IMG/VR virus record: IMGVR_UViG_3300043432_000485
Location: 128,001-192,000 of that record
Reading direction: 5' to 3' (one strand)
DNA: 64,000 bases
Source: a virus
Lineage: Duplodnaviria; Caudoviricetes
Shown here: positions 40,401 through 48,800 of the stretch, piece by piece
Layout: every line of letters begins with the position of its first letter
Position numbering within the stretch: position 1 is the first letter of the stretch
Made by a program: the position numbers and the translations under genes
The notes under the pieces: model-generated
Told to the model about the DNA's origin: nothing
What the model saw: only the letters and a program-made list of their open reading frames with translations
Databases searched by the model: none

Positions 40401-40907
40401 CGAGTCAATCCACTTGCGCAAACGTTGGTTGCGCATTGGGATGACAGCAAACTTGTCGAGTGCCTCATCGGCATCATCCACCGCAGAGGCGGCCATCGCC
40501 AACCGGACATCTTGCAGAGCCTTGTTGGTCTTGAAGATGGCGCGCATCGTTGACGGTCCGCCCCGTGACAGCACAGCACGGATCTGCAATGAGCGACGCC
40601 CGATCCCCTGAGTGTTGGGCAGGAAGCGGAAGGCCTTGTCCAACATTTTCTTGTGGCTGGCATTCGGAAGGTGCTCACCCATGAAAGCATGAATGACCGC
40701 CATGTGCCGACGGTCCGCGAGCTTAACCAGCATGATGGCCTTACGGATCAAGTCATCCTCTGACCCTGGCCCTCCTTGCTCCCCGACGTAACGAATGTAC
40801 GTGCCCAAGGCCAGGATGAAAACAAGGTACTCTGCGATGTCAAGCTCGCCGATGTCTTCTTGCTCAATGTCTACTTCTTGCTCTGGGGTAGTCATAGTTC
40901 GGCTCAC
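37461..40907 (-). CDS. uvrD: UvrD/PcrA-family SF1 DNA helicase with long N-terminal extension
   Basis: All SF1A motifs present: AGAGAGKST, SFNKKAA, GTMHS, VDECQD, IGDDKQAIYQFRGA, TNYR, ARTN, STVHGVKGLEW and AYVALTRA. The symbol is family-level only. Confidence 0.93.
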   Translation of the reverse strand: MSRTMTTPEQEVDIEQEDIGELDIAEYLVFILALGTYIRYVGEQGGPGSEDDLIRKAIMLVKLADRRHMAVIHAFMGEHLPNASHKKMLDKAFRFLPNTQGIGRRSLQIRAVLSRGGPSTMRAIFKTNKALQDVRLAMAASAVDDADEALDKFAVIPMRNQRLRKWIDSASEQAGSGTFQNAVTAGSNEAAADVPALFDAKAQQQSAEPASEASREAADEHDQLLLQVQTKATDAAARSMSVSGEPDVAPTKSEVIGIAAAAVASALSNPQTPANVPEPLKSLDPEQLAAALTDGKVLVAAGAGAGKSTTLVSRIDYLVKDRKANPSRILACSFNKKAADELKGKIAKKLGGADSVQVGTMHSLFYRFIVGDKQNPGFGTPEEQAMLKSPRLIAPPKKGAKTISPTSLSTAIRNLWVNCDSDAMAARYGFPLEWVREPPKAKKAGLLLNKWRGNDIGLDAAKKSVTSKAEAQAVIWYEMYLGLKGDLPGWRPPCMSESYDRFMKKNRPGGERLGDLDDMLQVFKRILARDSNAKAKIQGMFDHFLVDECQDLNLVQHQIFDMLTEHIGDGSDGKSLWMIGDDKQAIYQFRGARPELFTSLDGKPGWKTRMIKTNYRCEAEIVDAANRLVAHNDGNIPMEARANPSKQRGKASIIVETPADNTDAAISTIGGVAKDIATEDAKPENYAVLARTNAELNDFETACIINEIPYVRRGGKGFLEAPESKAVLGYMDLVTGSNYEKMKESLVAVLMKPDRSLFMGPDDVLKAVDEALDDVARRERVDVRSVNPTVLLERQNVRNLADRLKQTYKLKIVNSAKDRKTGEWMYGKRVDELAENLRGLAGNLRDLNDFIASGVNDTKSLLNFILDSMPSKVAGWERGRGAFTTTTTLREQITHDTSIFSDDDDDDDEEETEVAPEISEEGTLNAPKKEEVEDQGKGLGAVQFLYQLAVPNANDEQNNTDPSTAQGFVAKIARYAKLSETLRIDPDKWEREQSKIGSHAKPPAITLSTVHGVKGLEWNNVSVLMPKGKFPPERKPREDEPPPDPIEEAEKMKAERNLAYVALTRAAVNLEILCPERTGGKAGGISQFVFEAGLKMGENVPKEPAPAPEVDVKTAAVLDPDIQELFERYSSEIDISDDDMPGYDRRQS

Positions 40908-41479
40908 AGATCACGGCGGGAAGGTGGGAAGCAGTCAGCTTGGGGCAGGTTCGAAGGCGGGTTGGGACAGACTGGAGGGCTGTCTTGAGCTTGTGGCACC
41001 ATAGGTATGTTAGGGAACACCCGAATGACCCGGGGCCTGAAGCTTTGGTCAAATGCAGGGTTAGCTGGGAATGCCCTTCCATCGGCCAACATGACGCGGT
41101 AGGAAAAGCAGTTCCACACCGCCTGGGGGATCGGAATCGAGTTGTTTTCCCACCCCACCACCGTAGCCTCCAATACACCATAGAGGGCAGCCACATCGGC
41201 TACGGAGAGCTGCAACGCGTATCGAAGGAACGCGAAAGTCTCGCCCCTCACCAACCCCATTTGAACCAAGGTGGAGGCGGCCCGCAGATACGCGGCGTGC
41301 TCCACCGGTGGGGTGAACGTAGGCCCCCAAAGGTACAGACGACCGGGCATTGCAGCGATGAAGATCAGCCCCGTGTCCCCGACTGGCATCTGAATGTCAA
41401 ATAGGCCGACTTTTCCTACTTGTTCAGGGTAGTCATTCTCTAGGACAACTATCGGGTAGTCTGCAAGGTCATCGGCCAT
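40904..41479 (-). CDS. XRE/MqsA-like HTH protein
   Basis: LRYALQLSVADVAALYGVLEATVVGWENNSIPIP is an XRE HTH; probable start at the TGATG overlap at 41479. Confidence 0.65.
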   Translation of the reverse strand: MADDLADYPIVVLENDYPEQVGKVGLFDIQMPVGDTGLIFIAAMPGRLYLWGPTFTPPVEHAAYLRAASTLVQMGLVRGETFAFLRYALQLSVADVAALYGVLEATVVGWENNSIPIPQAVWNCFSYRVMLADGRAFPANPAFDQSFRPRVIRVFPNIPMVPQAQDSPPVCPNPPSNLPQADCFPPSRRDL

Positions 41480-42237
41480 CAGTCCCAAGACCCCAATTCT
41501 ATTGACTTACTGCCATCAAATGGCACCAGAATCTTGCGCGTGCGCAAGCCATTGGTGCCCCAACGACGTTTGGCCACTTTGTCGGCGTCTTTGATCAGCT
41601 TGGCCTCCACTGCTGAAGGAATCTTGCAGCTGAACTTCTCCTCGATCCAACGCAGCTGCTTGGCAACCGCGTCTTTGATGGTGTCCTCGTTCTTAGCGAA
41701 ATGAACCAGCTTCTCCATCAAGTCTGGGCTCGGGTCGCTAAAGTCCTGTCGAAGGGGGTGCCAATCAGGGTCGATCACAATGCCTTCCGGCTTACCATTC
41801 ATGGCTGGGCGGTATATGTTCTTGTAAAACTGCGGAAGGATTGAGAAAGACCACAGATTGATGCCACCCAAAAGAGTGACATTGATGGCACAATTCTTGC
41901 CGGGGGACCACCATGCGTGCTTCTTGGGGAACTTCTCCAGCTCCCGATTCAACACGTCTTCAGGGCGGAAAGGGACCTGACCGCTATCCGGGTCCCGACG
42001 ATCGTAGCTGGACTCACTAGAGTGCTCGATCAAGAAGTCGAACGCACGGTTCACATCTTGCATCTTCTCGGTAGAACCACCCTTATCCGGGTGTGCATCC
42101 CGAGCGGCGGCGCGCTGCGCGGCCTTCAATTCAGCCGGAGTCGGGTTGTCGGTGGGCTTGAAGCCCAGCAACCCAAGAGCCTGAGACCTGGTCATGTCCA
42201 GGATGCGGGCCTCTCTGAAGTCGTAGTGGTTCATCAT
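41479..42237 (-). CDS. J-domain (DnaJ-like) protein
   Basis: ALGLLGF...ELKAAQRAAARDAHPDKGGSTEKMQDVNRAFDFL with an intact HPD motif. Confidence 0.85.
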   Translation of the reverse strand: MMNHYDFREARILDMTRSQALGLLGFKPTDNPTPAELKAAQRAAARDAHPDKGGSTEKMQDVNRAFDFLIEHSSESSYDRRDPDSGQVPFRPEDVLNRELEKFPKKHAWWSPGKNCAINVTLLGGINLWSFSILPQFYKNIYRPAMNGKPEGIVIDPDWHPLRQDFSDPSPDLMEKLVHFAKNEDTIKDAVAKQLRWIEEKFSCKIPSAVEAKLIKDADKVAKRRWGTNGLRTRKILVPFDGSKSIELGSWD

Positions 42238-42284
42238 TAGGCACGGAATAACAAAGCATCACCACAACGGTGTAGAGGACTTAC

Positions 42285-43139
42285 ATGGAACTCAACGTGC
42301 GCATTGAAAAAGCTCTGCCGGCTCTGGTCCCCGGGGCGATCAGCTTTGAAACCGGAGCGCGGTGCGCTGACCTCGATGCCCCAGACGTCTTCGCTTACGA
42401 GCACCATGGGGAAGAGTTCAGCCCGTCCGATCGCGGGGCCTTGCCTTGCTTCTTCGAGGACCTCCTCCTGGGCCGGCCGCTTCCGCTCACGTTCGCGACT
42501 CACAGCATCCAGGACATCGACACTCTGGTGGCCATTGCTGTCTTCCTACACCGAGATCTGGCCACCCATCCAGCCACACCCGAGCTGGTATACACTGCAG
42601 ACTTCGTACACCGCCTAGGGCTTCCTGCCTTGGCGCACATAGCGGAGGACAAGGCTCGGTTCCTGAGCGCTCTGAGGGGCTATTTCCCTGAGAAGGGACT
42701 GTCGCAACGCGAGCTGAGTGAACGCGTGGTAACTGCGGTTGGATGGGTCCGAGAATACCTCCAAGAGGGCCGGATTCCCGTGCTGGGTCCGGTACCACAG
42801 GCTGACATCAGGGTGCTGGATCATGGCACCTCGGGGTTCGTGGTGGCTGAAACGCCGGGCAACCTTTTGGACAGCTGGGTGGAACTCTTCCGGCTCGGGT
42901 TCTTGCGCGGCGTGCTGTTCGGGCACAGGGCCGGGGATCGCAAGGCTGTGTTGGTGGCGAGAAAGAGCCATTTTGTGGCGCTGGATTTGCCAGCCGCTGC
43001 GCGAGCGCTCAATCAACTGGAGGTCACCATGGGCGAGACGCCAGAATGGACCGTATCAAGGGACGGGCTCTGGCTAGAGCACCAAGCAGGTACCTTGCTG
43101 CTGCTGTCACAAGTCCTCGCGGTTCTGGTGCGAGCGTAG
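42285..43139 (+). CDS. Hypothetical protein, possibly a divergent DHH-like phosphoesterase; only convincing plus-strand gene
   Basis: GAGGA RBS; globular sequence with YEHH and THSIQDIDTLVAIAVF metal-ligand-like motifs. Confidence 0.6.
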   Translation: MELNVRIEKALPALVPGAISFETGARCADLDAPDVFAYEHHGEEFSPSDRGALPCFFEDLLLGRPLPLTFATHSIQDIDTLVAIAVFLHRDLATHPATPELVYTADFVHRLGLPALAHIAEDKARFLSALRGYFPEKGLSQRELSERVVTAVGWVREYLQEGRIPVLGPVPQADIRVLDHGTSGFVVAETPGNLLDSWVELFRLGFLRGVLFGHRAGDRKAVLVARKSHFVALDLPAAARALNQLEVTMGETPEWTVSRDGLWLEHQAGTLLLLSQVLAVLVRA

Positions 43140-43482
43140 ACTCGATCCTTCGCAACAACGCTACGTGGTCCCCGCTGAAATCGCAGCCGGACAGCACCGA
43201 ATTCTCGATTGCTTTCCGGACTTCACGGGCCGCATGAGGAGCCACCTCTGGGTCGTGCTTCAGGATGTAGCGCTGAGCCATGGGACCCTCGATCCAAACC
43301 ATGCAAAGGTCATGGAATAGCTCAAGTTCGTCCTCGCTGAGGGGCATGCGCTCGACCTCCGAGAAATCGCAGGCTGCGATCTCAATTAGGAGTTTGCGCA
43401 AGGACTTTAGCGGGTGAGCCCACCACGATTCGGCCAAGGACATGTGGCAGCAACTGGGCCACATGTGGGATTGGAGGCTCAT
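43024..43482 (-). CDS. Hypothetical protein (3' end overlaps the plus-strand gene)
   Basis: 152-aa helical ORF filling 43140-43482; start uncertain. Confidence 0.45.
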   Translation of the reverse strand: MSLQSHMWPSCCHMSLAESWWAHPLKSLRKLLIEIAACDFSEVERMPLSEDELELFHDLCMVWIEGPMAQRYILKHDPEVAPHAAREVRKAIENSVLSGCDFSGDHVALLRRIESTLAPEPRGLVTAAARYLLGALARARPLIRSILASRPW

Positions 43483-43547
43483 CCTGTTACTCTACCTAAC
43501 CCGGGGTGGAAAGTCTAGTCACCATACACCGGGCAATGAAACCACGA

Positions 43548-43601
43548 GCGTTATCAATACACAATGTTGACCCTGGTGGCAACTTAACGTATTGATAACG
43601 C
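43548..43601. repeat. Perfect 13-bp inverted repeat with a 28-nt spacer
   Basis: GCGTTATCAATAC at 43548-43560 and GTATTGATAACGC at 43589-43601, in an intergenic gap. Confidence 0.9.
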
Positions 43602-43604
43602 CTT

Positions 43605-44324
43605 TCAATGGAATAACTCAGCGTCCGTGTGATGTAGGATCCAAACGGCATTATCTGACATCCCGCTCATATTTGGATCCCATTTTTGGCATCCACGTTG
43701 AGGCTTATGCAACTTCCTCAGCTGATTTCGGTAAATGCCCATAACTGTTGTAATATCTATGATCGTTTGGGCCTGATCTCGACGTTGATCCATATCGATG
43801 ACCCCGGATAGGCGCTCAAGTCTAGCCTCATCGGCTATCCGTTTTTGTGCCGCCCTGAGGTCATCTCGCTCTGCACAGAGATGCCACCAAATAGCCTCAA
43901 CTTGTGCGCCCGTGTCTCTGATGGCAGCCGCATTCTTCTCTCGAACACGTTCAGCCTCGGCTTCCTTGACATCACGAATCCGCTGGGCCTCGTCCTTTCT
44001 AGCCTGCACCTCAGCCGCCTCTTTGGCAGCGCGCGCTTCTTTCTCAGCCTCCCTCCGGACCTCTTCCAGTATCCGTCGTGTCTGCTGCTCTTGCTCCCTA
44101 CGGGTCTCTTCTTTCGCCAAGAAACTCTCTTTCTCGGCCCTTGTTTGCTTCAAGGCTGATATCTGCTGAGCGCAGGACTTCAAACTGGTGTCTTGATCTT
44201 GGCACGCCTGATAGTCCAATACCGCGGCACGGGCGCGATCATAACATTCTTGCGCAGTATTGCATTCCGCGTACGCGGATTTGGGTACCAGTAAGAGCAC
44301 AGTCGCAATCACAAAGCTACGCAT
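43605..44324 (-). CDS. Signal-peptide-bearing coiled-coil protein
   Basis: Probable start MRSFVIATVLLLVPKSAYA|EC at 44324 (Sec signal with AxA site), followed by a long E/R/A-rich coiled coil. Confidence 0.6.
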   Translation of the reverse strand: MRSFVIATVLLLVPKSAYAECNTAQECYDRARAAVLDYQACQDQDTSLKSCAQQISALKQTRAEKESFLAKEETRREQEQQTRRILEEVRREAEKEARAAKEAAEVQARKDEAQRIRDVKEAEAERVREKNAAAIRDTGAQVEAIWWHLCAERDDLRAAQKRIADEARLERLSGVIDMDQRRDQAQTIIDITTVMGIYRNQLRKLHKPQRGCQKWDPNMSGMSDNAVWILHHTDAELFH

Positions 44325-45753
44325 AAATACCCAGTTGTTCTGCCAGCCTACGAATATAGGGCACATCCGTGTAGGGCTCATCCTCTCGAAGTACCAGGTA
44401 GCGTAGCACTGGATCAGCAAGAATCATGTTCTCCTTGATGCGATCCCGCTCTTGCAGCTCACAATACAGTTTTTCATCCCTAATGTAAAACGACGGGAAG
44501 ACATAGTGCTGATGACCGTGGAATTCTACGATAAGGTTGAGTTCTTGGAAATACCCGTCAAATCGGAATCGACGTCCAGATGAGGGATTCACGAACCTCC
44601 TCGCCTCCCACTCCTGCTCATAACGTGCACCTCCAAGGGCTTTAGAGACGGCTTCCAAGCAGAGAGTCTGGCGGATCCCCCGGTTGAAGGTTGACAACCC
44701 ATGGCGTTCACATTCTCGCTTGATGACCTTGTAATCCCTTCGGAGCCCAACCATCGCGCGTCCAATGACCACTTTCCCGTTCCTCAACGTATAGGGCAGA
44801 AACTCCTCTTTTTCGAGACAGATTGTCTGACGTTCCGCACGGGCATCCACATACTGAGTCGACAACCTGAGGCCCAATGTTTTCATGTATTTGGTGACCG
44901 TCACCTCATCAAATCCAGTCTCGTCCGCCATCGTCTTACGGTCCACAGCCCCGGTTTCATCCAAATACGGAGTGAAATCAATCCCGGTCAAATCGGCCCT
45001 GAGGCCGTTAGACCAAGGCCTCCGCTCTCCAGTGAGTTTGGACAGTTTGTCCGCTGTGCTTTGCAGGCTAGGGTGCTGAGCCTTGGTAAGGCCCTTAGAC
45101 CATGGGGTGCGCCCCATCATGCCTTCCGATATCTTGGCCATGCTGGGATGAGTGGATTTAGTGAGCCCTTTGTTCCAACGTCCCGCGTTCCGGGACATCA
45201 AAGCCTTTGTCTCGGGGGTATGATGAGTGCCCAGTAGGGCAGCCTTATCCCGTACGGCTGAATTCAAAGCCACCATCTGCCCACGATAATTCCCGATCAG
45301 GTCAGGATGGGCATTCTGTACGTGACTTGTGAGGTTCTCAGCGCGGTAACGACATTCGGAGCAATAGACGAAATCCAGGCCTTCCTCTTTACCCTCCCAT
45401 CGTTGGGATTCCTCAATAACATCCGCCGCATTCCGGCAAGCCTCGCATCTTGCGTCATGTGTTGATGCCGCAAAGCTCCAACCAACCTCCCGGAGCACCC
45501 CGCACCCGGGACACGTGATCGTTTTGGTCTTGCCCTTGTTAGTGGGCCTCTCTTTAGCCGCCTGCTTACGTTTCTCGGTAAGCAGAGTGCAGCGAATCAG
45601 AGCGCTCGGGTACTGTTCCCGGTACTGGTCAGCATTGATCTTATGCTTACCAAGCAAATGGCGGGCCAAAGTGGTGGTTTGGTAACCGCATACCTTGCAC
45701 GTCACGAAATCCTCAGGCTCAGACTTTACTTTCCATTCAAGTGAGTACGCCAT
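44317..45753 (-). CDS. Putative homing endonuclease: C2H2 Zn fingers, NUMOD-like repeats and a Vsr/DUF559-like PD-(D/E)xK nuclease
   Basis: CKVC...HLLGKH, CSEC...HVQNAH, two WxKGLTKxxHPS repeats, and C-terminal FRFDGYFQELNLIVEFHGHQHY. Confidence 0.78.
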   Translation of the reverse strand: MAYSLEWKVKSEPEDFVTCKVCGYQTTTLARHLLGKHKINADQYREQYPSALIRCTLLTEKRKQAAKERPTNKGKTKTITCPGCGVLREVGWSFAASTHDARCEACRNAADVIEESQRWEGKEEGLDFVYCSECRYRAENLTSHVQNAHPDLIGNYRGQMVALNSAVRDKAALLGTHHTPETKALMSRNAGRWNKGLTKSTHPSMAKISEGMMGRTPWSKGLTKAQHPSLQSTADKLSKLTGERRPWSNGLRADLTGIDFTPYLDETGAVDRKTMADETGFDEVTVTKYMKTLGLRLSTQYVDARAERQTICLEKEEFLPYTLRNGKVVIGRAMVGLRRDYKVIKRECERHGLSTFNRGIRQTLCLEAVSKALGGARYEQEWEARRFVNPSSGRRFRFDGYFQELNLIVEFHGHQHYVFPSFYIRDEKLYCELQERDRIKENMILADPVLRYLVLREDEPYTDVPYIRRLAEQLGIYA

Positions 45754-45804
45754 CGGAACAGACTGTAATGCCTGTATCCGATGGCGTCAAGTGACTACTC
45801 ACTT
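45739..45804 (-). promoter_or_regulatory. Long hairpin sequestering the start codon of the 44317..45753 nuclease
   Basis: 45748-45757 pairs with 45777-45786 (10 bp), plus a 4-bp inner stem and a 9-bp outer stem (45739-45747 with 45796-45804). The ATG at 45753 lies in the 3' arm. Confidence 0.7.
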
Positions 45805-45825
45805 ATATTTCTGTTACAGTGGCCC

Positions 45826-48800
45826 CTAGACCCTTGCTCTTAAATTAAATGTCAAGAGCAGAAATTCCAATGGAAAGATGGGGCTGTAGAACATTTCGAA
45901 CCGCAGTACCGTGGGGTCCTGCTCGTCGATGGAGGCGGTCATGCCCTGGAAGGCGCCGACGATCTCGGCCTGAACCAGCGAGCGGAACAAGCCCGTCATG
46001 CTGACCACAACCTCGTTTGTGCGGCTCGCGAGGAACTTGGTTCCCACGAAGCTGTCCAAGATGGCACGGCTCTGTTGCTGCACGTGGTCCGCGATCTGGG
46101 TGACCGTGGGCAAGCGCGTCAGCACATTCGTCATGTTCGTGGTCAGACCGTGGCGGATGCGGATGATGGGATCCAGATCTTCGAGGATCGTGATACCGGC
46201 AACCGCAGTCTGGTTCGCCTCCACCGGGTCCATACGACGGGGGATTCTGGTGAAGCCCTGAATCCGGCGGCGCGTGTACGGGGTAGCGACGTCAACCGCG
46301 GGGCTGACCACCGCGCCAGCAACCGCAGCAGCGAAGAAGCTGCCATCGATGATGGCTTCAAAATTCTGACCAAGCTCATCCGTGAGGGTGACGATGGCCG
46401 AATCCGGGTAGTAGGCAACCATGCGGCTGGAGTTCAACCCGCGTGCCACCGTTTGAGCGGTGGTCGGGCTCGTGCCGGACGCGAAGCCGATGAAGCCCAT
46501 GCGCTCCGCCTGATTGCGGATGTTGCTCTGGGTCTCACAGTGCGACGTCAAGTGCGAGTACACCGAAGTGCTGGTGGCCAGCGGGACGATGATGTCCGGC
46601 TTGATGTTGCCCGGCAGAGGAACCGCTAGCTCGTCGATAGCCGCGTTGAACGACTGATCCGAAGCCTGGTTCGTGTTGGGAACCTTCAGAACCTGCTTGA
46701 TGATGATCAAGACAGCTCCGTTCAGGATCGACAGGTAACCAGCCAGCGTTACCCGATTCTCAGGAGAGGTCTTGCCGAAGTTGGCTTCGATCGTCTTGAG
46801 CTGCTGGTAAACCTGAGCCGAGAAGTCCTGCTTCCGGTAGAGGTAGCTGATGAAGTAGAAGTCGCCTACCGTCGGCTCCACGCCGCTCGGGTTGTAGGTG
46901 GTCAACGTGGCGGTGTCGTTTACTCCAACGCCAACCGTGTTGGACACCAACAGTTCGAGCCCGCCGATCGAGTACCGAGGCACTGACGGGGACACGTGGA
47001 AGGTAGGTGAAACCTCCAGCGTGAAGTTACCAGCCGAGTACGAACCCGTGCTGGCCGGCAATACAGTGAAGCGCAGGCCGGTGCGGCTATCCGTGTAGGT
47101 CTGGCCCGGGATACCCGAACCTGAGGACCCAACCGGAGACGTGCTGGACACCGTGTAGCTGTTCTGAGCGTCTTCTCCGTTATCCCCGTCCACGCCCGTC
47201 GTAACGTTCGTTCCCGTGGTCGGGTTGAACGCCGAGTTCGCAGAGGCGACAAAGGCGATGCTACTCGTCGCGGCACCGGTGGTCAGAGACTCGAAGGTGA
47301 CATAGTCCTGTCCACCGAGCGAGTCCACATAGGCAACCGCCGTGGTCAGGAACGAAGCAGTAGACAGCAAGCTGTCGACAACCTCTTGCGCCGTAACCAA
47401 GGTCTGACTGGCGAAGTCGTTCTGGTTGAAACCAAGGACCGCATTGGCGGAACCCGAGTTGATCAGAATGGACGAACCGGAGTCGTTGGTGGTGCTCGTC
47501 AGACGAACGTGGTTCAGGTTCACCCCTGTGCCAGCCGACGCAACCGAGCTACCAATCACCGTGTTGATGTCCGTGACAACCGTAGCGGCCGTCACTGCAG
47601 GACCAGCGGTCAAAGTCACGCTGTAGTCCACGCCATTCACGCGAACGTTGAATGCGTCATTCAGGCCAGCGGTGATGTTGAACGGACCCGCCAACGAACC
47701 CAGCATGGTGGCCGGCTTGTTGATGGACCCCGTGGTGCCATCGGCACTCTGGAAGGTCTTGAATCCGAGCACGGTCTCGACAGTACCCTGCTCGACCGTG
47801 ACGTTCGACACGTCGTCGAATCCGCCGGGTAGAGCGCCAGGCACTACCGCACCCTGGACGATGAAGAACACGTCTCCACCAGCGATCTGCTTGAAGCTGG
47901 CGGTACCATTGACACCCAACGCCGTGTTGATGTCCGAAACGATCTGCGTAGGCGTACGAGAGCCGGACGTGATGGTGACAGGGTATGCCACGCCATCAAC
48001 CAAGAGGTTCAGCACGTTGCCTGGAGAGGCGGGGATCGTGATGTTACCACCACTCAAGGTCACGTGTCCGCTGACCAAGAAGGCAGCTGCGGCAGAGGCC
48101 AGGTTGGTGACACGGTTGGTGCCATTGACCTTCGTGGTCCACGTTGCAGAGAACGGGCTGTAGAACGAGTAAGGGGCAGCGCCCTTGATCGTGTAAGCCG
48201 CGTTCGTTGCACCAGTGGTGCCAAAGGTTACGGTCACAATCTCGGCAGCGGGGGTACCGTTACCAGTGTGGAATGCGTCGGGGATCTGCTCCACGCCGCG
48301 GGGCCACTGAATGATCTCACTGACCGTCTTGGAGCCGAACTTGACTTCGTAGAGGTTGGCGTCACGCGTGGAGCTGAACACCGTGTACTGACCAACGCCA
48401 ACGGGACCCGCCACCGTGTTGGTGATGATGTAGGTGTCGTCAGCCAAACGGCTGTAGTAGAACGTTGCGTACGCGTTGTAGTCAGGCGGCTGGGCCGTCT
48501 TGAGAACGATGCGACGATTCACACCATCCACAACCGTGACAGGAACCGCCGGGCGGTTCAAAGCATCGCGCAGCGTGCGGCCAGTGTAAACTTTCACCAG
48601 GTCCGGGCGGTTTGTGGCCAAGTCCTGCCGGCTGTTGGCAACCGAGTTGAACGTCGACAGTCCGAGCGTGGTGCTACGGCCGTTACCAGTGGTCGGAATC
48701 TCCGGCAACAGGTAATCGGTAGGTGACACGGTGGCCGGGATGGTGCTCGTGTTCGTGACCCGCGTGCACAGGCCAAGGAACATCTGGTCGTCCAGGAGGG

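Noticed and set aside
42237-42503. Minus-strand 88-aa ORF upstream of the J-domain gene
   Set aside because: It overlaps the better-supported plus-strand gene and has no recognisable features.
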